64,000 nt of DNA from Candidatus Aenigmatarchaeota archaeon (GCA_026397315.1 JAPLVC010000004.1:79666-143665), one strand, 5' to 3'. Positions 49,830 to 59,246 are shown, counted from the stretch's first letter. Notes: a model not told the origin generated them from the letters alone. Program-made: numbers and translations.

Positions 49830-50705
49830 TCATTTGTTTCGGCCCGGGCCGAAATTCGCATTGGAAAAAGTGCTCTCGCACATGCTGCACGGGTTTTCTT
49901 CATACTTTTCAGTGAGTTTTTTGTCGAAAACGCCCAGTTTTTTGGCAGTTTCTCCCAGGCCTTCCGTGACGAGCGTTACCATTACAGGATCGTTTAAAGC
50001 GCTCGCTATCAGATCGTCAACCGGAGTTTCGAGCGCAGAGCCGATGGATGGCGGTATTTCCCACAAGCAGAGATGAACCCTGCCATAAGGGTCTATTGTG
50101 ACGTATTTATCCCCGCTTTCGTCGGCAAACATGCCGTGAGGCATGCACGAGCTTGATTTTCGGATGGCTTTTCTCGACAGGCTTTTTGCCCTGCCGAACG
50201 GGTGTTTTTTGTTGTCGACAGGTACTCCATAAACGTCAAAACCGCGCCAGCCCTCGTCATACAATCTGACGGCAATGTCTGAAATCGGTTTATTGTTGCC
50301 TAAAAGGTTTCCGTATTCTATGCCCCTTTCCCGGTGATAGATGTCATCGCTGGTTACCATTATTTTATTTACGCCAATATTCGCGAGGTTTTTGACTTCA
50401 TCGTAAGCTTGCTTTTCGTTTTTTATCCAATATCCGCTTGTCTGAATGTGAATTTTGGGGTCCGTGTGAAAAAATCCGTCCTTTCTAAGTTCCGCCAAAT
50501 GTTCCAGAGCATGCATCAAGCTGCCTTTCCTGTAAAAAGGTTCGCCGCCGGTCAGCATTATGATCGTCGTTGCCGGTGAAAGATTTTCTATGACGGATTC
50601 CATTTCCCGGTTTTCCATCGTCTTGCCGGCCGGCCTAGAGTCGTATGCGCAATGCCTGCAAAGCACGGGACACGCGTTCGTGAACCTTAAGTCTACTTTA
50701 TACAT
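49830..50705 (-). CDS. Radical SAM protein with a partial SPASM/twitch-like C-terminus
   Basis: CPVLCRHC, LTGGEPF, IDPYGRVHLC, CSMC. Confidence 0.85.
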   Translation of the reverse strand: MYKVDLRFTNACPVLCRHCAYDSRPAGKTMENREMESVIENLSPATTIIMLTGGEPFYRKGSLMHALEHLAELRKDGFFHTDPKIHIQTSGYWIKNEKQAYDEVKNLANIGVNKIMVTSDDIYHRERGIEYGNLLGNNKPISDIAVRLYDEGWRGFDVYGVPVDNKKHPFGRAKSLSRKAIRKSSSCMPHGMFADESGDKYVTIDPYGRVHLCLWEIPPSIGSALETPVDDLIASALNDPVMVTLVTEGLGETAKKLGVFDKKLTEKYEENPCSMCESTFSNANFGPGRNK

Positions 50706-50810
50706 AAGAGAACGTTATTTTCAATATATAAAAGTTTTTACTATTTACAGATGGTTACATTATTCCAGAAAGAGGTTTTTATTTCAATGAAACAAAAATT
50801 ACTTGTTCTT

Positions 50811-51284
50811 ATGAAGATAGATTACAGGAAGCTCTTTATTGCGATAATCGTATGCCTTATAGCCGGTTTCGTGGGTTCGATAGCGACTTTTCCCAAAATC
50901 CCGACGTGGTATTCGACGCTAGCGAAACCGTGGTTCGCGCCGCCCAACTGGCTGTTCGGACCCGCGTGGACGACGCTTTACGTGCTCATGGGCATCGCGC
51001 TTTATCTCGTATGGAAGAAAGGCCTCAAGACGCAGAACGAGAAATATGCCGTCTACCTGTTCGGCTTCCAGCTAGGCCTGAACGCGCTCTGGTCGTTCCT
51101 ATTCTTCGGCCTCGAATCGCCGTTCTTCGGTCTCATAGGCATAGTGGCCATGTGGTTCGCGATAGTGGCGACCATTTGGGAGTTTTACATGGTCGAAAAG
51201 AGAGCGGCTTATCTGCTCGTGCCGTATCTGGCCTGGGTGAGCTTTGCGTCAACCCTTAACTACGCGATATGGATGCTGAACTGA
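50811..51284 (+). CDS. tspO: TspO/MBR-family tryptophan-rich sensory protein
   Basis: WYSTLAKPWFAPPNWLFGPAWTTLY, LNALWSFLFF, LLVPYLAWVSFA. Confidence 0.93.
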   Translation: MKIDYRKLFIAIIVCLIAGFVGSIATFPKIPTWYSTLAKPWFAPPNWLFGPAWTTLYVLMGIALYLVWKKGLKTQNEKYAVYLFGFQLGLNALWSFLFFGLESPFFGLIGIVAMWFAIVATIWEFYMVEKRAAYLLVPYLAWVSFASTLNYAIWMLN

Positions 51285-51347
51285 GCTTCTCAGAATGCCG
51301 CTGTAAGCGCGGAACGGGTTTTTTAAGCCGAAAAATATCATTTAATC

Positions 51348-51881
51348 ATGAAACGCGCGAAAGTCACCCGTCGCAAGCGCGGGACCAGACACACGCCAAA
51401 GCGCGAGCATCTGCCTCCGAAAATAGAAAAGGCGCTGAGTTGCAAAAGCCGGGATAAGAGGAGCAAGAAGGAATTCGCGCTTTTGCTGTCCATAATCGCG
51501 CTAGTTCTTGTTTTCATGACTTTCTCAAAATACATGATAAAAACAGACCTCGAAACAATGATAGCGAGCCAGGATTCCGCATGCTTCTCGGATCAGCAGC
51601 TTGGCTCGTCTGCGGTTTGGGAACAGGGCAACATAGCCATGATGACCGCTTTCGAGACGCCGGACCCGTGCTATCGCGTGAGTTCTGTAAGCGCGACGCA
51701 GCAGGGTAACAGAGTGAGCATGAAATTGAAAGTGGAGTCCGGCGGCATCTGTGTCCAATGCTTCGGCTACAGGAGCGTCAAGTATTGGATAATGGCACCT
51801 GAGCAGGGCAGCGACCTTGATTTGTATGTCGACATAGAAGGCTCGACGCAGCATTACGTGTGGCTTCCTATTCAGAAATGA
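51348..51881 (+). CDS. Hypothetical single-pass membrane protein
   Basis: Basic N-terminus, TM, extracellular TPDPCY...CVQC domain. Confidence 0.7.
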   Translation: MKRAKVTRRKRGTRHTPKREHLPPKIEKALSCKSRDKRSKKEFALLLSIIALVLVFMTFSKYMIKTDLETMIASQDSACFSDQQLGSSAVWEQGNIAMMTAFETPDPCYRVSSVSATQQGNRVSMKLKVESGGICVQCFGYRSVKYWIMAPEQGSDLDLYVDIEGSTQHYVWLPIQK

Positions 51882-51908
51882 TTCAGGCATTATTGTTACG
51901 CTTAAAAT

Positions 51909-52907
51909 CTACGCACCGAGGATTAAATACTCGAACTGGCCGGTTATGGCGCGCAGGGATTTCGCCCGGCTTTCAAGGAAGGATGCGTATGCTTTTTTGT
52001 TATAGAAACACACCTCATTCTGCTCCAGTATTGCTACAACTTCGTCGGCCTCGTAAGGTTTCTGGTCGAGGAGGGTTCCCTGGTCCTTGAAGAAATTGTA
52101 AAGCATCTTGAGCTCAGGTTGCGTGTAAAATATGACGGCTTTCTTGTCCTGCACGCCAAGCAGTTCTGTAAGACTTCCGCCCTCGGTGCTGCGGAACCTC
52201 AGCTTCTCCGCAACCTTGGACAGGGCGGCGAAATCGATGGTGTATTCCGCGTGGCCGAAGACGCCTATGCGCTGAGGCGTCGAAGACGCATGCTCGCACA
52301 CGAACATTTTTCCTCCGTCCGCTAGCGAAGCGCGCGCCTTCTCGAGGAATTTGACCGCGCCGTAGTTGAAATTGGCCGGTTTTACGAAGGAAAGGCCGTA
52401 GAACTTCGCCAGTGAAAGCGCGTCGAAATACGTCTCAGCGTCGCCTTCGCGTATCTTCGGCCTGTAAAAAGCCATGTTGACGACGGTCGGGAAATCCGCC
52501 AGCACCTCGTTGCAGATGATGAAATCAAATTTCTCGCTCAGTTTCTCTTTGAGAAAGTCGCCGGTTATGAAGGAGAAGCATCCGCCCCTGAACCGCTTCT
52601 TCAAGCTGCCGACGGCGTCGTATGAAATGTCGGCAAACGTGTAGTGGAAATCCTTTTGTTCAAGCGCGTTTATTATTTCCTGCGCCACGTCCCCCAGGCC
52701 CGGCCCGACTTCAAGAATGCGCGGGTTTCCGGAAAAAGCCGGTATGCCAAGCTTGCTGGCGACGACCTGGCCGTATGGCACGCCTGTTTTGGTGAACCTG
52801 CCGGACCTGAAAAGATGCGAAACCGTGAGCTCGTTGTCCATGAGTTCGCTAGCGCTGCTTACGCACTTATAGTAGTTTTCAGTGTGATTGACGTAAACTT
52901 CGGCCAT
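51909..52907 (-). CDS. Class I SAM-dependent methyltransferase (MidA/NDUFAF7-like features)
   Basis: ILEVGPGLG motif I; IICNEVLADFP. Confidence 0.8.
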   Translation of the reverse strand: MAEVYVNHTENYYKCVSSASELMDNELTVSHLFRSGRFTKTGVPYGQVVASKLGIPAFSGNPRILEVGPGLGDVAQEIINALEQKDFHYTFADISYDAVGSLKKRFRGGCFSFITGDFLKEKLSEKFDFIICNEVLADFPTVVNMAFYRPKIREGDAETYFDALSLAKFYGLSFVKPANFNYGAVKFLEKARASLADGGKMFVCEHASSTPQRIGVFGHAEYTIDFAALSKVAEKLRFRSTEGGSLTELLGVQDKKAVIFYTQPELKMLYNFFKDQGTLLDQKPYEADEVVAILEQNEVCFYNKKAYASFLESRAKSLRAITGQFEYLILGA

Positions 52908-52945
52908 AAGTATTTATCATAGTCCGTATAAAACTATAAATAAGT

Positions 52946-53503
52946 ATGGCCGGCCAACCGAAGACCGAAGTGAAAAAGGCATCCAAAGAGGCCATCGAAT
53001 TGGAAAGACGTTCTGATGAATTTACCATAAAACTTTCCATCGTTGTCGGCAAAAAACCGGCAGCGGTCAAATGCGGCTTCTCGCTTGTTGATGCCTTTCT
53101 TAACGGCATAAATTATTTCTTCGTCGGTCTCAAGGTCCCGAAGAACAACGCGAAAGACCCGATAATAGTGAAAAACATGGGCTTCGCTTTCGGCGAGGCG
53201 ATACGCAGATTATGGGACAAGCGCAGGGGCAAGGTAAACGGCATATCCATACACTCGGAAGGCGAGGCTATGTGCATGTTCGCCATAAACGCGAAACGCC
53301 AGCCCGGGGAGGCGAACGTCCAGCTGATGGGCGCGCCTGAGAGAGGCCTGAACCCAGACACTCTTTTCTTCTTCTTCGAAGGCTTCGCTGAAGGCATGCA
53401 GGCCCAGGTCAACGTGACCGTTAACCTGACGAGAGAAAAAAGCCAGATAAAACTCATATCCCAGACACTTGGCGACTCGCTGAAGCAGATACTCAGGATA
53501 TGA
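52946..53503 (+). CDS. Degenerate imidazoleglycerol-phosphate dehydratase (HisB)-like protein lacking metal ligands
   Basis: Collinear pattern with IGPD (ERRSDEFTI, GFSLVDAFL, MGFAFGEAI, EAMCMFAI, FFEGFA) but no HH...E motifs. Confidence 0.55.
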   Translation: MAGQPKTEVKKASKEAIELERRSDEFTIKLSIVVGKKPAAVKCGFSLVDAFLNGINYFFVGLKVPKNNAKDPIIVKNMGFAFGEAIRRLWDKRRGKVNGISIHSEGEAMCMFAINAKRQPGEANVQLMGAPERGLNPDTLFFFFEGFAEGMQAQVNVTVNLTREKSQIKLISQTLGDSLKQILRI

Positions 53504-53544
53504 ACGCGCGCGAATCAGCGACTTCTTGGTAAAATATATGAAAA

Positions 53545-54171
53545 TCAGTCTAAAATTCTTGTATGTTTCTTAAGGAAACCGACCAATTGCCCTTCTGTTT
53601 GCACTCCCATTTCATTGAATATTTTTTGAGCTTCTCTTTCTGTCAATTTTCCTTTTTCTAATGCATGCTGGGTTGAATAAAGTTTTTTGAGTTTATCAAA
53701 AGTATCTACACGGTCCCTACTTGCCCATCCAGCAGCAAGTTGACGGGCCGTGAGTGGCTGATAATATGGCTCACTTCTTCTCTCTTCTTCTTTCGGATAA
53801 CCTTCTAAGAATGATATGCCCTCAACCGGAATACCATATTTTTTTCTAAAAACATTTTCTATTCTTCTTTTAAAAAATTTACTTTTAATGGGCTTTATTG
53901 CCACTAAAAATGTGTTATAATCCATACTAACAGAACCTGCAATAAATTCCTGTTCTCCTTTAACAACTCCTTCCACAACCGGACTTCCATATATTGCTTT
54001 ATTTTCTTTATCCTTTCCTTTATACGGTAAATGATAAACAATCATATCTCCAAAGAGTTGATACAGCCGTCTGACTACTGCATATTTTTTAGGTGATATA
54101 GGAACGTCATTCTCACGCATGTATGGTCTGTTGTCTAGCTCACATATTACAAGCTTTTTACAGTTAAACAT
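53545..54171 (-). CDS. Hypothetical protein (AT-rich orphan)
   Basis: 208-aa ORF, GGAG upstream, composition differs from neighbours. Confidence 0.7.
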   Translation of the reverse strand: MFNCKKLVICELDNRPYMRENDVPISPKKYAVVRRLYQLFGDMIVYHLPYKGKDKENKAIYGSPVVEGVVKGEQEFIAGSVSMDYNTFLVAIKPIKSKFFKRRIENVFRKKYGIPVEGISFLEGYPKEEERRSEPYYQPLTARQLAAGWASRDRVDTFDKLKKLYSTQHALEKGKLTEREAQKIFNEMGVQTEGQLVGFLKKHTRILD

Positions 54172-54265
54172 AAACTATCTCCTATTACTATTCTTAAGTA
54201 AAAACTTTATAAATAAATGATGTGCCAAGAGATAGATTTATAAACATTTGCACAGTTTCTGTGTG

Positions 54266-54469
54266 TTAATATTTAGAAAAACAAAACATGAAATTTTTTA
54301 CCGACCTGTCGTAAGTCTTTTCCGCGTCTTTCGAAAACAAACATCCTGGCAGTTCGCCGGATTCGCGGTGATGCTTTATGCACTCGCAGCACATGCCCTT
54401 CCGTGAGCATCCCGGATAAGAACAGGTGCAATGCTTAAGGTTCTCCTTGCGGTTCGCGCATTCCTTCAT
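54266..54469 (-). CDS. Small Cys-rich protein (DUF6485-like)
   Basis: [22 protein letters not shown]...LPGC...EKTYDRS. Confidence 0.8.
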   Translation of the reverse strand: MKECANRKENLKHCTCSYPGCSRKGMCCECIKHHRESGELPGCLFSKDAEKTYDRSVKNFMFCFSKY

Positions 54470-54473
54470 GGCT

Positions 54474-54932
54474 TCACTTCTTTCTCGCTTTCTTGTTTCT
54501 AGCTTTCACGGTTTTCTTCGTCTTAACTGTCTTTTTGACAGGTGTGTTCAGTGCGAGCTTCCTGTCGATTTCCTTCAGGAAAGCTTCGTCGGGGAAGCGA
54601 ATGTCGAGGTTCCTGTGGCCGCGCAGGCTCTTGTATTTGTCGTGCTCCAGCGTCAAGAAATAGTCCCTTTTCGATTTCATGTGGTTAATCATAAGTACGA
54701 TGTCGCCGTGCTCGGTGAGGTTAAGGTCGCTCTGTTTCCTGCCGTAGACCATGTGCCTGAGGCGGTCGTATATCTTTTCCTCGACGCTGTTGAGCTTCCC
54801 CAGGTCGCGGTTCAGGTTCTGGGCGTGATAGAGCGTCAGTTTGCCCTCGTCGTTGAGTTTCTTCAATTTATCGATGACCGGATGCCTGTCGTAGATTATC
54901 ATGGCCGAATGATCAAGCGTTATCTTAACCAT
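54474..54932 (-). CDS. Hypothetical protein, possibly PIN-like, with a Lys-rich tail
   Basis: ITLDHS...DIVLM...DYFLTLE pattern; GGTGAG upstream. Confidence 0.6.
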   Translation of the reverse strand: MVKITLDHSAMIIYDRHPVIDKLKKLNDEGKLTLYHAQNLNRDLGKLNSVEEKIYDRLRHMVYGRKQSDLNLTEHGDIVLMINHMKSKRDYFLTLEHDKYKSLRGHRNLDIRFPDEAFLKEIDRKLALNTPVKKTVKTKKTVKARNKKARKK

Positions 54933-54991
54933 ACTCTCACCTTCCGCATTGGACTTCAATATTATATGGAAACAAGTTTTTTAATCGTTGA

Positions 54992-55162
54992 CTAGTTGTT
55001 TTTCCTGTAATGTTTCGCCTTTATGCGCATCGCGTCTTCCGCGCTGGTTCGCACGAAGGCTTCGCTTTCCCTGCTGCGCCGCTTGAGAAAATGATATCCC
55101 ACCAGCGTGGCTGCTCCTAACCAGCAGGCCGACCCGACCGAAACAAGCAGCAATTCCGTCAT
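54992..55162 (-). CDS. Small membrane protein
   Basis: Single TM followed by a basic tail. Confidence 0.5.
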   Translation of the reverse strand: MTELLLVSVGSACWLGAATLVGYHFLKRRSRESEAFVRTSAEDAMRIKAKHYRKNN

Positions 55163-55215
55163 ATTCATTCCTTTTGGCTCCGGAAACATTTAAATCTTGA
55201 GCTCATCTTTTTAAG

Positions 55216-55707
55216 ATGCACGCAAAAACGCGCGAAACGTTTTTGGCCGCTTTTGTTCTGGTTCTTGTCATATTGCTCAGCGGCTGCATCTCCGGTCAAC
55301 TTGCAGGTAACAACGTGAATTCTGCGAAAGCCGGGGAAACCAAGGTCGTCACCAAAGTGATAGACGGCGACACCATAGTCGTCCAGGGCGGCGATCACGT
55401 GCGGCTGCTCGGTATCGATTCGGATGAGAAAGGCTATCCGTGCTACACTCCGGCCAAAAAGAGAATGGAAGAGCTCGTCCTCGGCAAGGAAGTTTACCTT
55501 GAGCCGGACGCTGAAGACAAGGACCAGTATGACCGGCTGTTGCGATACGTATTCCTGGACGGCAGGAACATAAACATAATCATGGTCGAAGAGGGCTTCG
55601 CCGTCGCCCGCTTTTACCCGGAAAACACGAAATACAAGGATGAAATAACCGCAGCCGAGACGGAAGCGATTGATAACGCTGTCGGATGCAAGTGGATCAG
55701 CGACTGA
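55216..55707 (+). CDS. Thermonuclease (SNase)-family lipoprotein
   Basis: LLSGC; VIDGDTI, VRLLGID, DQYDRLLRYV, MVEEGFA. Confidence 0.92.
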   Translation: MHAKTRETFLAAFVLVLVILLSGCISGQLAGNNVNSAKAGETKVVTKVIDGDTIVVQGGDHVRLLGIDSDEKGYPCYTPAKKRMEELVLGKEVYLEPDAEDKDQYDRLLRYVFLDGRNINIIMVEEGFAVARFYPENTKYKDEITAAETEAIDNAVGCKWISD

Positions 55708-55749
55708 CTCACTTTTCTAACTTTTAAGTTTCCTGCGCCAAATATAACC

Positions 55750-55953
55750 ATGGTAACTCTGGGTAACATGACCATCGTAATACTGGTAGTGGCGGGCGCC
55801 ATAGTGTTATGTGGTGGCATAGCTGGCGGCTACATAGCCTCACTTAACGCGCCGGAGCAGTTCCCAGCATACATGTTTGTCGCATTCGTTGGGATAATAC
55901 TGGCGCTGGCAGGCATAGCGATGGGCATGGGCAAGTCCGAAAGCGGCAAGTAG
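55750..55953 (+). CDS. Small two-TM protein
   Basis: Two hydrophobic helices. Confidence 0.6.
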   Translation: MVTLGNMTIVILVVAGAIVLCGGIAGGYIASLNAPEQFPAYMFVAFVGIILALAGIAMGMGKSESGK

Positions 55954-56098
55954 GACGCTTTCTACAAGCGCTTCCCAAACCGTCTTTTTCCTTAAGCATT
56001 TTCCCAAGCTTTTTATTCCTAAAAATCGATATACAGCGACTCATTTCACCCCTCACTTCGCCCTCTTCCCACCTCTCACCACGGGGTCAAATTCAAAA

Positions 56099-56120
56099 TA
56101 ACCCTCACTTTTGGCAAAAA
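56099..56120 (+). repeat. Left copy of a 22-bp inverted repeat
   Basis: TAACCCTCACTTTTGGCAAAAA versus the reverse complement of 57566-57587 (20/22). Confidence 0.8.
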
Positions 56121-56248
56121 AATTATTTACCATAAAATATATAATTTAGTATATATTTATAATAATATATATTTTTAAGAATAGTATAAAAAGAATATTT
56201 TATAAAATATATAAAAAAGTATAGATAAATAAAGTTCCATTTTCCAGG

Positions 56249-56281
56249 CGTTTAAACATATGTTTAAACGTGCGTTTAAAC
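56249..56281. repeat. Perfect 22-bp palindrome plus a third GTTTAAAC
   Basis: CGTTTAAACATATGTTTAAACG (56249-56270) then GTTTAAAC (56274-56281). Confidence 0.8.
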
Positions 56282-56302
56282 GTGCTAAAAACAGAGGCGA
56301 TG

Positions 56303-56845
56303 CTATTCGGTTTTACGAGAACTGAATGCCTTTTCTATGAGCTCTTTTTTCTTGTCCATCCCCAGATGGACGTAGACTGTTGTAGTTTCTATGTTCGAGT
56401 GCCCCAGTGTCTCCTGTATCACGTTAAGAGGCGTTCCCTGGTTCTGCAAAAATGTCGCGTAGGAGTGGCGCAGAGTGTGTGGATGAACTTCCTCCGGCTT
56501 TCGGATCCCCGCCTTAACGGCATATTCCTTTACAATGCGTCTTATGTGGCGGTCTGAAACGTAAAATAGCCTCCCTGTTTGTTGGTTTCCTATGTAACTT
56601 TTTAGTTCGGAAGCGAACTCTGTTGGAATGTGAACATACCTATCTTTCGAGCCCTTTCCTTGGACGACTTTCACGTTTCCGTTTATCAGGTCTATGTCCT
56701 CAATGCGCAGGTTCTGAGCTTCGGAATTTCTAAGACCAAGAAAAAACATAGTCTTTAGCAGAAGATTGTTCCTGGCGTCAGTGGCGACTTTGAACATCGC
56801 TTCGACTTCCGGAACTGACAGGAATCTTGGCAGCTTTTTGACCAT
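56303..56845 (-). CDS. Xer-like tyrosine recombinase, catalytic domain only (180 aa)
   Basis: LPRFLS, GLRNSE, GKGSKDR, HPHTLRHSYAT, LGHSNIETTTVY; complete R-K-H-R-H-Y set. Confidence 0.92.
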   Translation of the reverse strand: MVKKLPRFLSVPEVEAMFKVATDARNNLLLKTMFFLGLRNSEAQNLRIEDIDLINGNVKVVQGKGSKDRYVHIPTEFASELKSYIGNQQTGRLFYVSDRHIRRIVKEYAVKAGIRKPEEVHPHTLRHSYATFLQNQGTPLNVIQETLGHSNIETTTVYVHLGMDKKKELIEKAFSSRKTE

Positions 56846-56908
56846 TTTTTCGCCTGTTTAATGATTGTCCGAGCCTCAATATAAAGTTAATAGCATGACG
56901 TATGTCGA

Positions 56909-56936
56909 TTGTCCGGAAAGATGTATTTCCGGACAT
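56909..56936. other. dif-like 28-bp recombinase site (11-6-11)
   Basis: TTGTCCGGAAA-GATGTA-TTTCCGGACAT, about 65 nt upstream of the recombinase start. Confidence 0.65.
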
Positions 56937-57046
56937 GACGGGTCTGAAGCTAAACGTGTTTTTCCATGGTGGTTTCGGCCAGATAGGCCACCCTGCCGGG
57001 CAAAAAGATGTTCGAGAATATGGACTCAGGCTCAAACGGGCTTTTT

Positions 57047-57394
57047 CTAGACTTTCTTTTCCTTCTTTACCGCCGGTTTCGCCTGCTTCCTGCACTTCTC
57101 TTCAACCTGGATCAGCTTCTTCCTGACGGCCTCCATGTTGTGCGCTATGTCCCAGCCGTCGTCGGTCAGCTTCACTCCCTTTATGCGGCCCTTCTTGTCG
57201 AAAAGGACCAGGCCCATTTCATGTAGCGTGTCCAGGATCTTTATCGTATGGGAATACGTGCAGTTCGCTTCCTTGGACAGAATCGTCGCGTAAACCGGCC
57301 CTTTCGCCGTCTTCATGGCAAGCAGTATCTTGGCGGGTTTGTCTCTCAAGAATAGGTCTTCCAATACCGGTTTTGCAACGGAATCGTCTGCCAT
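57047..57394 (-). CDS. MarR-like winged-helix DNA-binding protein
   Basis: LFLRDKPAKIL...LSKEANCTYSHTIKIL...KKGRIKGVKLTDDG. Confidence 0.85.
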   Translation of the reverse strand: MADDSVAKPVLEDLFLRDKPAKILLAMKTAKGPVYATILSKEANCTYSHTIKILDTLHEMGLVLFDKKGRIKGVKLTDDGWDIAHNMEAVRKKLIQVEEKCRKQAKPAVKKEKKV

Positions 57395-57565
57395 GCTATA
57401 TTCTATAACTAATGGAAATATAAATGTTATGTATGTATTAAAATAGCTATTTCTTTTTAAGTTTTTTACATAATATACTTTTTATTATAAATATTAAAAT
57501 AATTATTTTATAAAATATTCTTTAAAAAATATATACCAAAGAATATACTTTGTTGATTTTCCCAG

Positions 57566-57587
57566 TTTTTGCAAAAAGTGAGAGTTA
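57566..57587 (-). repeat. Right copy of the 22-bp inverted repeat
   Basis: TTTTTGCAAAAAGTGAGAGTTA. Confidence 0.8.
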
Positions 57588-57743
57588 AAAGTGAAAGTGA
57601 GCCCTCGACGTGAGGGCGAGGTCGGGAAGCGCCTAGGCGAAAAAACGGCATACAGCGAGCCTGATTTTTAAAAAATGTGAGAGAAATCATGGGAAAAACG
57701 CGCGAAAAAACATCTTTTTAAGTTTTGAAGCCAATAGGTGGAA

Positions 57744-59246
57744 ATGAGCGAATACGGGACGGTCGTATCGACGCCTGACAGCCCATGCACAAGAAAGTTC
57801 TCCTTTGTAATAAAGAAAGACGCCATCGTGAGGAAAGGCCAGTTTGTTGAGGTCGCTATCGAGGGCGGCAGGCTTATCGGACGTGTAGCTGACGTGTTCA
57901 AGACCAACCGCTATTTCGAGCGGCCGGAGTCCGTAGAGCGCTACGAAAATTCGAGACCCATGGAAGACATCTTTCCCGTGGGCAACTGGGAATATCTCGT
58001 CGCCGAAGTCGCTCCGCTTGGAGTGTACGGGAGCGAAGGGCGCTTTGAAGAAGTGAGTTTTCCCCCGTCTCCGGGAGCGAAAGTGAACGAGCCAGAGCGT
58101 TTCGTTCTCTTAAAGTTTCTCGGCTTCGACGAGAAGGGCCTGGAAATAGGCGAGCTGCCGTTCCACGATGTAAAAGTGAGGCTCAATCTTACCCGCATGC
58201 TGCAGAAGCATCTAGCGATTCTTGCCATATCTGGCGCGGGCAAATCTTATCTTGTTTCAGTCATTCTCGAAGAGCTGTTGCGCAGGAAGAAAGAGGAAGG
58301 GCAGCTGGCGACTGTGATAATAGATACGCATGGCGAATACGTTTCGCTGGCGGACGACCCCAATTACACGGACAAGGTGAACGTCATTCGCGGCGACGAG
58401 ATAAAAATCGGCCTCTCGAACCTGTCAGCTCAGCAGATTTCGGAGTTCATGCCTAATCTTTCCCACGTCCAAGCCAGGGAGTTCAGTCGCCTGCTGAGAA
58501 GCATGAAAAGCGGCAAAAAGCATTTCGGCATCGAAGAGTTGATGAAAACGATAGAGGAAGACGAGAAAACGAAAGCCGTCACAAAAGAAGTGCTGAACTC
58601 GGTGCTGGTCGAGCTCACGGAAACCGGCCTTTTCGACGCGACGGACAAGCCAAGCGTCAGGGAACTGGCTCAGCAGGGGAAAGTGAGCATAATCGATCTT
58701 TCTTCGTTTGTAAGCTCAACTCAGAAGCAGATGATAGTTTCGCATGTTGCCAGGAACCTTTTCAATCTCAGGCGCGAGGAGTCGATTCCTCCGTTCCTGC
58801 TAGTTCTCGAGGAGGCGCACCAGTTCGTGCCTGAAGGCGCGAAAGCCGAGAGGGCGATGTCTCGCGGCATTATACAAACCATCGCCCGCGAGGGACGCAA
58901 GTTCCACGCTTCACTCTGCCTGATTTCCCAGAGGCCAGTGCAGCTTTCAACCACCGTTCTCTCTCAATGCAACACACATATAATACTGCGCGTGACGAAT
59001 CCTTACGACCTCGACCACATAGGCGAGTCGTCCGAGGGCATAACGCGCGACGTGCTGAACCAGATATCGGGCCTGCGCGTCGGAACGGGGCTCATAGTCG
59101 GCGAAGCGGTCAACTACCCGATTTTCGTGCGTGTGCGAAAGCGAATCTCGAAAGAGTCGTCGAAGGGAATGCCTCTCGAGGAAGCCGCCAGGGAATTCGC
59201 CAACCGCGTAAAACAAAAGAAAGAGGATGCCAAAAGTTTCATGTAA
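57744..59246 (+). CDS. herA: HerA-family (FtsK/HerA) ATPase/helicase with an N-terminal HAS barrel
   Basis: HLAILAISGAGKS, IIDTHGEY, LEEAHQF, IAREGRKF, SQRP, SQCNT. Confidence 0.9.
   Translation: MSEYGTVVSTPDSPCTRKFSFVIKKDAIVRKGQFVEVAIEGGRLIGRVADVFKTNRYFERPESVERYENSRPMEDIFPVGNWEYLVAEVAPLGVYGSEGRFEEVSFPPSPGAKVNEPERFVLLKFLGFDEKGLEIGELPFHDVKVRLNLTRMLQKHLAILAISGAGKSYLVSVILEELLRRKKEEGQLATVIIDTHGEYVSLADDPNYTDKVNVIRGDEIKIGLSNLSAQQISEFMPNLSHVQAREFSRLLRSMKSGKKHFGIEELMKTIEEDEKTKAVTKEVLNSVLVELTETGLFDATDKPSVRELAQQGKVSIIDLSSFVSSTQKQMIVSHVARNLFNLRREESIPPFLLVLEEAHQFVPEGAKAERAMSRGIIQTIAREGRKFHASLCLISQRPVQLSTTVLSQCNTHIILRVTNPYDLDHIGESSEGITRDVLNQISGLRVGTGLIVGEAVNYPIFVRVRKRISKESSKGMPLEEAAREFANRVKQKKEDAKSFM

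Noticed and set aside
56232-56248. GTTCCATTTTCCAG as an ORB element
   Set aside because: Lacks the TTCCA-x-TGGAA dyad and G-string; no cdc6/orc1 nearby.
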